Positions 1 through 9,671 of a DNA stretch of 20,000 nucleotides are shown one piece after another; within the stretch, counting starts at the first letter, position 1; every line of letters begins with the position of its first letter. The stretch is from Neovahlkampfia damariscottae (lineage: Eukaryota): positions 122,344 through 142,343 of the forward strand of contig JABLTG010000028.1 of the NCBI GenBank assembly GCA_016618085.1, written 5' to 3'. The notes under the pieces were generated by a model. The model made no database searches, was not told where the DNA came from, and worked only from the letters and a program-made list of their open reading frames with translations. A program made the translations under genes and the position numbers.

Positions 1-73
1 TAATCCAAAAAAAAAACAATAATTATTTCATTTTACCAATCAAAACATTTTTCTTTTTCATTGGTCAAAAAAA

Positions 74-1913
74 ATGAAGATGCAAGTACAAAATTCTTCG
101 TCTGTATTTCAAACAGGAATACAGAGATCTGCAGTAGTTAACTTAGAAGATATTATAATGGTAAATTCTAATTCTTTTTTTTCTTAAAAATACAAAAAAG
201 GAAAGAAAAACGGAAATCAAAAATTTAGCGAAATTAATAAAAGACCAAAATAAATATAAAGGAAGAAGAACATTTCAAAAATTACCAAGATATGCACGTA
301 GAAGAACAATGTCTTGGAATCTTCATCGTATTCCAAAATATTTACGAAAAGCTGCAATGCATGAAACATTGCCTGCTCGTATAAGACACAGAAAAAGAAG
401 AAAATTTGTTAGAAAAAAAAACATGGGAAATAAACCAAAAAGACTTAAAACTCATGTATTTCATGCTAAACGATTCCAAATGCAAACCATGTTCAACTAT
501 AAAATCGTATATAAATTAATCATATAACTTTTTTCTAAGGCACTTCATTCATGTTTCAAAGTATTTAAAACAACATATAGATTTCAAAGACAACATTGTA
601 CTATTTTTGATTCAAGTTTTCATGTTTGTTTTCAACTTTTTTCAGAAACACAAAATTTAATTTTGAATTTTTTAAAAAAACTAAATTTTGACTTTAATTT
701 TACAAATAGTTCATATACATCTGGAAAAAGAGAAGGAAAGGTTTTAATTTTTGAAGATTATCCAATGAAATGTATTGGACCAATCTCATTCATTTGGAAA
801 CAAAAAGAAAAAGAAAAGAATTTTGAATTATTTTTATGGATACATCCATTAATGAAAGAAGATGTCTTGAAATTATTCAAAAATGAAAAATTTAAATTTA
901 TTCAAAGAGAAGATTTAAATAGATTTGAGTTAAGAGGTCCAAATTCAATATTTGCTTTAAATTCAGCTTTAAAAGTTAATCAAGATTTAAATAAAGAAGA
1001 GAATTTAAAAACATGGAAAATTATGAAAGACCACGTCAAAATTCCAAGTGCTTTACCAAGAAATATAATACTTTCATTAGGAATTGATCATCCATTATCA
1101 ACTAAAGAAGATGATGAATTAAAAGATGAAATGATGGAGGAGGTGACTGAAACTTTATCAGAAGAAGAAATGTTAATGTTGAATATACCAAATGATATTA
1201 GTTCATCAGATCTTTGGGATGATAAAGAATCTTATTCAGATGTTATGTTAATTCAACAAGAAGGTGATTCAAATGGATTTGGTTCTGGTATTGATTTAAT
1301 TTGTTCTTCTTCACATGCTTCTCATTTATATGCTCAAATTGCAAAATTAAGTAATATATCAACAACAAAAGTTTAATTTCTTTTTTAATCTTAGGTAGAG
1401 TTTTACCAATTGGTCTTTATGATAGGAATCGTATGTTGACAGAAATTGAAGTGTCAAATTATCCACAAGACTTTCCAGATGCTTTATTCAATAAACAAAA
1501 AAAGAATGTTTTTGTTGATAGAAATATAAATAAAATTCAAATAGAAAAAGAAAAAGATTGTTTAATTAGAGTTTGTTTAGAAATGAATAATGGAGGTCTT
1601 CCTCATGAAAATGGAATTATTTATAAAATGCCAAAAAAAAAAACAAAAAATGCTATAAAGGTATAAAGAAAGAAAATAATTTTATTGTTTTAAATAGTAT
1701 GATGATAAATTAGAAGTACTAGGTTTTATATCAAGTCCAATTCTTTCTTTAAGAAGAGGTCATGGGTTTGCTGTTGGTTTTTGTGAAAAAGAGAAAATTT
1801 TAAAAATAGTGCCAAAAAAAACAATTTTGAAAACAAAAGAAGCTAATGTTTTAATTTGGAATCCAAAACAACAACATATGTATCCTGTTCATCTTTATAT
1901 TTCAAACGAATAA
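74..1913 (+). CDS. POP1: RNase P/MRP protein subunit POP1 (~561 aa; introns 161-200, 507-539, 1351-1394, 1661-1697)
   Basis: The spliced frame gives the POP1 N-terminal signatures FQKLPRYARRRTMSWNLHRIP and RLKTHVFHAKRFQM, the central LWIHP and RFELRGP motifs, POPLD-like GFGSGIDLI...IGL...YPQDFPD, and C-terminal LGFISS..SLRRGHGFAVG. All four introns are GT-AG and restore the frame. Confidence 0.93.
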
Positions 1914-1917
1914 AAAT

Positions 1918-2429
1918 TTAAAGAAAAGGTTTTAATTGTTGTTCTAAATTTTTTGAATACAAGTCTAAATTTTTGACAAGTGAAGCCAAGTCATTTACTG
2001 ATTTTTCAATTTCATCAATTTGTTGAAAAAAAGGTTCAATTTTTTCATCTTTTAAAAATTAAATTTTGTTAAATTTTTTTTACATTCTTCTTTCAAATTT
2101 GTTAAATTCTTCTTCACTTGTGATGTTCTTTCTGCCATGTTTTCATATTTTGAACCAACAGCAAAGTTCATTTTTTCTAGTAATTCCAATTCATTTAAAC
2201 CAACTTGCATTTCTCCTTTTACTAATTCAGAAACATTTTCAAAAAGGTTCTCAATTTTTTTATGATTATGTTCACGTAAATTACTCTTGACTGTTGATTT
2301 ATTTTGTTCTGTTGGTTGTTGAATATTTTCAGGTTGTTTTATTTTTTCTGTTGAATTTTCTTGAGTTTTTGTTTCTTCTTGGTTGTTTTCTTGATTTTGT
2401 TCAATTGGCACTTCTTCTTGTTCACTCAT
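1918..2429 (-). CDS. BLOC1S2: BLOC-1/BORC subunit 2-like coiled-coil protein (~158 aa; intron 2049-2083)
   Basis: The spliced protein reads LFENVSELVKGEMQ..ELELLEKMN...KYENM...YEKIEPFFQQIDEIEKSVNDLASLVKNLDLYSKNLE, which matches the BLOC1S2 pattern. The 35-nt intron is GT-AG. Confidence 0.85.
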
Positions 2430-2630
2430 TGCAACTTGAATTTCTCAAAATAATTTTCTATTGGTGGAAAAATGGTTATTGTCAACTAAGTAAAGTTTAT
2501 GTGGAAAAAGTAACAATTGTGAACTGTTGTATGAGATTTGAACAAAAAACATCAATGAAAAGGAAAACACAAATTAGAAGGGTTGCATGTTAATACATGT
2601 AATATTTTTGAAGAATAAAATTTTTATTTT

Positions 2631-4550
2631 TCACAGATATTTTTTTCTCAATTCTTTAAATTTTTCAGAATTTTTGAAACGTAAAAATGGTTCTTGTAAT
2701 GAGCGTCCCACTACATGATTTAATAAACCATCAAATAAATCATCTTGGAATTTATTTTCGTTTATTTGACGATTCATATCTTTTGCAAATAATTTTTTCA
2801 ATTTATGAGTTACATTAATTTCGAATTTTGCAGTAGATGAATTTATATAATCATCATAAATTTGTAAAACAAGATCATTTCTATTTTCTTTTTGTAATTT
2901 ATATTTTTCAACTACAATTACGAATAACAAAGGTTCTTGAGCAAATTCAGAAACCAAAAAAGTTTGAAAATAAGGTCTTAGATCGGGATCTGATAAAAAT
3001 CCAATTAAACTGAAAGATGATTCCGTCTTTTTAATTTTTGAAGTTGAATCAATATCTGTTATTTTCATTTCATTTTTTGATTCAATTTTTTCTGTAGGTT
3101 TTGGGGATAAATTATTGTTTAATAGATAATTTGAAATGATTCCATCAACATCTTGTTTTTCAAGAACTCCTTTCAAGGTTTTTAATTTGATAAGTGTGTC
3201 TTTCAATTTTGGTCTTTTTTCATTGGATCTTACCATATCGAAAACAATTTTTTTAATTTCATCATGGGCTGAACATTTCTCTATTTCTGTGAATAATTTT
3301 GTTTCTATATCATTAAACGATTGAATATTATAAGAAGATGAAAAATCACCAAATTTATCTTTTTTCTTTTTCTGGAAAAGAATCTTTGATTTAGACGATT
3401 TTGGGGAATTCATTTCATCATTTTGAAATATATTTGAAATACTTTCAATTGATAAAAATGTTATTAACCTTAAAAAAATAATTCCCAATGAAAATGTGTC
3501 AGATAATTTTGATGATTTTTTTTCAAATTTTTCTGATTTAAATTCAGGTGGAATAATTTTGAATTTTGGATTTAATTCAATTTTGATGAATCCTGTATCC
3601 AAGTATAATTCAGAACACATAAGATTCAAATAAATTCTTTCTTCAGTTAATTCACCAATCGGAAAATAAAAATTAGTTTCATGTAATGACATTAAAGATT
3701 CAATTAATTGAACCATAAAAGTTAATAAAACCTAAAAAGTAAAATCATGATATAAAATTACATAATTTGATAAACAAGATCTTTCTGTTGATTCTTCTTC
3801 AATAAACTTATTCAAATTCATACTAAATTCTTTGACCACTAAAAACAGTTCAAATAAATCACCTTTTTCTTCTTCTTCAGCAAATATATCAACACATTGA
3901 ACTAAATTATCACATTTTGTAGCTATTTCTTTTAAATTTTGAAATTTTTTTGTTTCTTCATTCAACTCTTCTTTTGTTAATTTTTCAAATTTTTGAACTA
4001 AAAATGAATCCAACTTTTTTTTATCTTTAACTCTTTGCAAATTTAATGATTTTCCTTTCACAGATTTGTATAATTCTTGAAACAAAGGTTGGTCATTATA
4101 ATTTGCTTGAGCATATTTCATCCAAGTATCTGTTTGACGAAAGCGAATAAAAAGGTATCTTAAGACACTTGTTACACCATACTCTAATGATTTAAAACAA
4201 TTTGGATCTTCCTTTTCAAATAATTCCATCGTTTCTTGTAACTCTTCTTCTGAAAGAAAAAAATCTTTTTCATAGAGTTCACTATGAAGATAAGTCTTCA
4301 TAATTCTGTCTCCAATTGTTTTCTTTTTTGATTTTTCTAAATTTGGTTTTTTATATGAATGTGTTAAATGAAGTAAGTCCAGAAAAGCAATGGCATCATA
4401 AGAAACAACAAATTCAGCAAAGCAATCAGATATTTTTTCCAGTTGTAATATAATTTCAAAATCTTTTGGACTTTTACGTTGTAGTTTACGATTTGGAGAA
4501 TCATTTTTGTTTTGAACGCCCACAGTCAAAGTATCCTTAAAAAAGTTCAT
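2631..4550 (-). CDS. RGS - degenerate kinase-like - RGS protein (~629 aa; intron 3732-3761)
   Basis: The 30-nt GT-AG intron joins ORFs 3732-4601 and 2631-3716 in frame. There is an N-terminal RGS-like segment (FAEFVV...IAFL...IMKTYL...FIRFRQTDTW) and a C-terminal RGS domain (YFQTFLVSEFAQEPLLF...IYDDYI...FEINV...FLRFKNSEKF). The central region has kinase C-lobe remnants (IPPE, SDTFSLGIIF, KRP). Confidence 0.8.
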
Positions 4551-4677
4551 GGAACGAGATGATTGGTCAATTTGAACATGACGGAATGTAAAGAATACCA
4601 AACTTGCTATCTAAAAATACAACACAAAGAATGTAAGAAAGGATGATTTTTTTGGACCAATGAATTCATCAGAGAAA

Positions 4678-7600
4678 TTAAAGAGAACTTTTTATTTGAA
4701 ATACAGGTTTTCTTTCATTTTTAAACATTCTTATTATAAATTGACCTGATTTTGAATCCCTTAATTCATATATCAATGAACGATAATCTTTATCAACTTG
4801 TTCAATACAAGGTAATTTTGCAGAATATCCTTCTTCATTTGAAATTAAAATAGCAATTGAACCTAAAGATGCAAATGTCAAATCTGCTGCAGTGAATTGA
4901 TCACCTGTTAAATATTTTCTCCCATCACTCAATAAATGATCAACAAATTTAAATTCATTTTTAACAATTTGAATTGATTTTTGAACTGATACATTTGTTA
5001 TACTCAATGCATTCAATAACCATTGTTTAAAATAATTAAAAAATGGTTTCATTAATTTTGATTGTAAATCACTTGAATTTTCAGAAATTAATTGAAAAAA
5101 TAATTCTTGATTTTTCATTAAATAAAAGTATGCTATTTTTCTTGTGTGAGATCCTAATCTCTTTGAAAATCTATTCATTAATTCATGTGAAAGTGGATTT
5201 GGAAATAATTTTGGTGTTTTTGTTGACAAATTTTCATATTTACCAGAAATATAATGAAGAATAGATGATGAATCATGTAACAAATCATTATTTGATAATA
5301 ATAAAGGTGTTGAATATTTAGATGAAACTGAGTCAAGTGAACCTATAAACCTTGATTTTGCTAAAACAAAAGGAATATGAAATCCAGGTAAATATGATTT
5401 TTCTTCATATTCAACATTGAATAAATCTAATGCCCATCTTGCTTTTTCATTGTAATGTGAAAATGGAATAGTAATTAATGTATATTTTTCATTTTTATAC
5501 AAATTTAATGGTTTTGATGGAACTATATCATATTTCAATTTTTCTTGATTTTTCAATTCATCAATAGTCTTTTTCATATTTTTATTTTCAAATTTCATTG
5601 ATTCTAATTCTCTTTCAAATTCCATTCTTATATTTTCTCTTTCATTTGATAATTTCAATTGTAAATGTTGAACTTTTTCACTTAAATTTTCATCTGTTGC
5701 AAGAGATGATTGGTTGTTTTCTCTTTGAATTTCTTCCAATCTATTCTTTAAATTTTCATTTTCTTGTTGAGTCATCTTCATTTTTGAGTTGTAAAATTCT
5801 TCTTCATTTAATAATTTTAATTTAAATGAATTAATTTCTTGTTGGTATTTTTCATTCAATTCTTGATATTCTCTTTTTAAATCAAATTCTTTTTTTTCAT
5901 TCAATTTTTTGAAATCATTAAATTCATCATTTTTTTTGATTAACTCTTCATTTTCTTCACTTAGTTCTTTGATTCTTTTATTGAACTGTGTTTTCATTTC
6001 TTCATTCTTTTGATTGAAATCTTTTTTGATTTGAATAATTTCTTCATTTAATCTTTCAATATTTAGTTGATATTCATGTACTGTTGTCTTGAATATTGTC
6101 GAATAGTCATTAAATTTGATTTTTTCTTCATTAAATTTTTTCACATTATTTTCCACTAATTCTTCTTTTTGGTTAATCACTTTTTTGTAATCTTCAATTT
6201 TTGAGGAAAGAAAATTAATTTCTTCATGATTTGATTTTGATTTCTCAGTTATTGTTTGATTCAAATCTTCAATTTCATTTCTCAGTTCTTGATTTTTTGA
6301 TAAGACTGTTGCATTTTCTTGTTGGATTATATCCAACTGTTTTGAATGAATTTTATTTTTTTCTTTAAAGTCTGTTTTCATTTCTGATATTTTTGATGAT
6401 AAATCCTCATTATTTTTATTTAATTCATCAATTTTATTGAACTGTTGGTTTAATTCATCTCTTGTTGAGTTTAATTGGTTTATTTTTTCTTTTTCTTTTT
6501 CTTTCAGATTATGTTCTAATTCATTGATTTTAGACATAGATATGGATTTTTCATTCAATAATTCATTGTTTTTTATGTTTAATTCATCAATTTTTCCTTC
6601 TAAATTTTTTTTAATTTCAACAAGTCTTAAAATTTTCATTTCCATTTTTTCATTGGTATTTTTCAATTCTTGACTTATCACATTTAATTTCCCATTCAAT
6701 TCTTCAATTTTCATTTTTGAATCAGTTTTTTCATCATCTATTTCTTTTCTTAAAGTTTCATTCATTAAACTAAATTCATCAATTTTTCTATTTTTTTCTT
6801 TTAACATCACTTCATTTTCTTCAAATTTTAAATCAAATTTTCTTGATTTTTCTTCAATTTCATTTATTAAATTTTCTATAAATTCTTTCAGTCCTCTATT
6901 CTTTTCAATTTCTTGGTTTATTTCTTTATTTTTTTCATTTAACTCTTTTTCTTGTTGTGTCAATTGCAATTCTTTTTCATTAAATTTTTCATTTAAATCT
7001 TCAATTTCTTTTATTTTTGAATTTAATTTTTCAATAAAATCATTTTCTTTTTCTTTCAATTGATGTTGTAACATCACTTTTTCTCTTGTCATATTTTGAA
7101 TGGTGATATTGAATTCTTCAGTTTTTTGAATCAATTTTTCAACTTCATTTTCTTTTTCTTCCTTAATTGAATTCAAATCACCCAACATATTTTCAGTATC
7201 TTTTAATTTTTCTTTCTCCCAATTTTTTTCTTTTTGCAAGGTAGAAATTTCTTGTTTTAAATTTTCAAAATTTTCGAATAAATTTTCATTTTTATGCTTC
7301 ATTTCTAATAAATATTCATTCAAATTTACATTTTCTTCCTTTTCAAATTTCAATTTTTCTTTCAATTCTTCATTTATTGATTTTTCATCTTTCAAGTTTT
7401 TTTCAATTTCTCTCATCATCTTTTTTAATTCTTCATCTTTTGTATTAATTTCATTCAATTTTTCTTCATAATTCATTGTATTTTGATTCAACATATTTTC
7501 TAAAACTTCAATTTTTTCAGTTAAATTTTGTATCATTTTTTTTGTTTCTTTTTTTGTTTCCTTTGTTTCCTCCAATTCACTTTGTAAATTTAAAATCATA

Positions 7601-7821
7601 CCTTCCTTTAAAACTAATTCATTTTTAAAAAATTCCACTGATTGTTGATATTCTTCTTCTTTTTTTTTCAATAAATTTTCTTTTTCTTTCACTGCGTTTT
7701 GTTTTTCTTCCTTGAATTTAAAAATCAAAGCATCACTTTTATTTTCAAAATCTTCTTTCATTTCATCAATTTTTTGAATTAATTCATCTCTTGGCAATTC
7801 ATTAGTCTTTTCATCCATCAT
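4678..7821 (-). CDS. Long coiled-coil protein fused to a C-terminal glutathione S-transferase domain (1047 aa, intronless)
   Basis: About 760 aa of E/K/N/L-rich coiled-coil-like sequence is followed by GST motifs LITIPFSHYNEKARWALD, STPLL...DSSSILHYI and LLSDGRKYLTGDQFTAADLTFASL. Confidence 0.85.
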   Translation of the reverse strand: MMDEKTNELPRDELIQKIDEMKEDFENKSDALIFKFKEEKQNAVKEKENLLKKKEEEYQQSVEFFKNELVLKEGMILNLQSELEETKETKKETKKMIQNLTEKIEVLENMLNQNTMNYEEKLNEINTKDEELKKMMREIEKNLKDEKSINEELKEKLKFEKEENVNLNEYLLEMKHKNENLFENFENLKQEISTLQKEKNWEKEKLKDTENMLGDLNSIKEEKENEVEKLIQKTEEFNITIQNMTREKVMLQHQLKEKENDFIEKLNSKIKEIEDLNEKFNEKELQLTQQEKELNEKNKEINQEIEKNRGLKEFIENLINEIEEKSRKFDLKFEENEVMLKEKNRKIDEFSLMNETLRKEIDDEKTDSKMKIEELNGKLNVISQELKNTNEKMEMKILRLVEIKKNLEGKIDELNIKNNELLNEKSISMSKINELEHNLKEKEKEKINQLNSTRDELNQQFNKIDELNKNNEDLSSKISEMKTDFKEKNKIHSKQLDIIQQENATVLSKNQELRNEIEDLNQTITEKSKSNHEEINFLSSKIEDYKKVINQKEELVENNVKKFNEEKIKFNDYSTIFKTTVHEYQLNIERLNEEIIQIKKDFNQKNEEMKTQFNKRIKELSEENEELIKKNDEFNDFKKLNEKKEFDLKREYQELNEKYQQEINSFKLKLLNEEEFYNSKMKMTQQENENLKNRLEEIQRENNQSSLATDENLSEKVQHLQLKLSNERENIRMEFERELESMKFENKNMKKTIDELKNQEKLKYDIVPSKPLNLYKNEKYTLITIPFSHYNEKARWALDLFNVEYEEKSYLPGFHIPFVLAKSRFIGSLDSVSSKYSTPLLLSNNDLLHDSSSILHYISGKYENLSTKTPKLFPNPLSHELMNRFSKRLGSHTRKIAYFYLMKNQELFFQLISENSSDLQSKLMKPFFNYFKQWLLNALSITNVSVQKSIQIVKNEFKFVDHLLSDGRKYLTGDQFTAADLTFASLGSIAILISNEEGYSAKLPCIEQVDKDYRSLIYELRDSKSGQFIIRMFKNERKPVFQIKSSL

Positions 7822-7877
7822 GCACTGGAAAAATTATAGGAGGTTCTAAAACACAATGATTGGTTGAATTAAATTTT

Positions 7878-9511
7878 TTATTTCCCAAACTTTTCAAGTC
7901 TTGCTAATCTCATTCTTTCTTGTTGACTCATAACCGGATCATCATTTTTATCATCACCACTATCCATTGAAGTTGGGATATTTTTGTTCACTCTTGATTC
8001 AAGTTTTTCAAAATCAATCAAAGGTTTATAATTACCATCACCAAATACCATAGTTTCTTGCATTCCATCAAATTCTCTTTCAAAAATATCAAGTGTTTCA
8101 GAATCAAAATTTGTAAATCGAATTTCATTTACTGAACAATCTTTTGAATATTTTCCATAAAAATAATTCGCAACATCAAGTAAGACTTTTGCACATCTAA
8201 TTTTTGGATATCCAAATTTTCCACTTGAAATTGCAGGAATAGAAATTGATTTTAATTTCAAATGATTTGCAGCTAATAAAGTATGATAAACAGATAATGC
8301 AAGTAAATAATCTTCTTCACATACTTGTTTATTGTATTTCCCTCCTGACCATAATGGACCAATAGTATGAATGATATATTTTGCTTTTAATTTTCCACCT
8401 GAAGAAACAAAGATATCACCATCATTCATTTTACCATTTTTAATCATATATTTGTCACATTCTTTTTGAATGATTTCTCCTCCTTTGTTAACTATTGCAC
8501 CTGCCACTCCTGCAGAATGATCAAGTCTTGAATTTGCTGCATTAACAATACAATCCACAATTTCTTCTGTTAAATCACCAATTCTAATTTGAATTGATCT
8601 ATCATTGTCTTTATATTCTCTTGTTTTAACAGATTCCCAACTTGTTTCAGTTTTTGAATTGTCTGAATCTTGCATTGATTGTTCCATTGCTAATTTCATT
8701 TGTTCATCTTCTGTTAATTTAGAATAATCAATAGTTTCTAATTGAACTGGTTTTTTTGTTGTTTCTTCAATTTGTTTTGATTCAATAAAATAATCAGAAA
8801 AACGATTTTTAAATTCTTGTTCAAAAACTTCAACAGTATTATCATCAAAATTGACAAAACGAATTTCTTTTAATGTACTCTTTGGATTGTTTTCAAAGAA
8901 ATTTAAAGCTGTTTCAAACATTATTTCAGCGCAGTAATCTTTTGGAAAACCAAAAATACCACTTGAAATAGCAGGTATACTTATATTTGATAAATTTCTA
9001 TTTGAAGCTTCAACAAAAGAATTTAAAACAGCTTTTTCGAGATTTTCTTTTTCATTATTTTGTCCTTTTCTCCAAATTGGACCAACAGCATGAATTACAT
9101 ATTTACAAGTCAGAGAACCAGCACTTGTAACAAAAATTTCTCCTTCTTTTAATTTTCCATATGTTTTAAAATATTCATCAGATTCTTTTTGAATTATTCT
9201 TCCTCCTGCTTTTACAATCGCTCCTGTATGTGATTAGACGAATTAAATAATATACCTGCTAATCCATCACAGTGGTCTAATCTATCATTTGAAGCATTTA
9301 CAATTGCTCCAACTTCTTCTTGAGTCAAATCACCTTTGCGTACTTGAATTGTTTGACCACCGTCTGTTTTAATTTCTTGTTTCAAAACACTCTTCATTCC
9401 AGAACTTCCTTGAGATTTTGGATCTATCTTTATATTTTGGTCTTCTTGCATAGAAAGCTGAAGTGCCATCATAAGAGCATCTTCTTCACTCATTCCACCA
9501 TTGTTATTCAT
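7878..9511 (-). CDS. UIM-Macro-UIM-Macro protein with a C-terminal VBM-like motif (~533 aa; intron 9224-9255)
   Basis: There are two macrodomains (GDLT.E...IVNASN/IVNAAN, GAIV..GG, IH.VGP.W/IHTIGPLW, PAISSGIFGFP/PAISSGKFGYP). Each is preceded by a UIM-like helix (SEEDALMMALQLSMQE; TEDEQMKLAMEQSMQD). The 32-nt GT-AG intron has a CTAAT branch-like site and joins the ORFs. Confidence 0.9.
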
Positions 9512-9671
9512 TTTTTGTCGTATTTTGATTGGATGAACAAGAATTATATTTAGCATCAATTTCCCAACAATAGATAACCATTGAAATTTCTTTATTTTCA
9601 GATTTTCTTGATTTTACAGTGTCTGAAAATAAAATAAAAATCATTGGTCAAATCTAATCAACCAATTGTTG
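9512..9671. promoter_or_regulatory. Bidirectional promoter (macrodomain gene / UBA-Kelch gene) with CCAAT boxes
   Basis: The divergent ATGs are 160 nt apart. ATTGG at 9528-9532 and 9643-9647, CCAAT at 9662-9666. Confidence 0.65.

Noticed and set aside
4551..4601. Upstream TTG starts given by the ORF track (also 9559 and 9666)
   Set aside because: In this eukaryotic context the downstream ATGs (4550, 9511, 9672) fit the CCAAT pattern better.
2066..6673. Short + strand ORFs (2066-2290, 2294-2593, 3136-3324, 5043-5264, 5598-5825, 6437-6673)
   Set aside because: They are F/L/I/S-rich antisense shadows of A-rich minus-strand genes, with no recognisable motifs.
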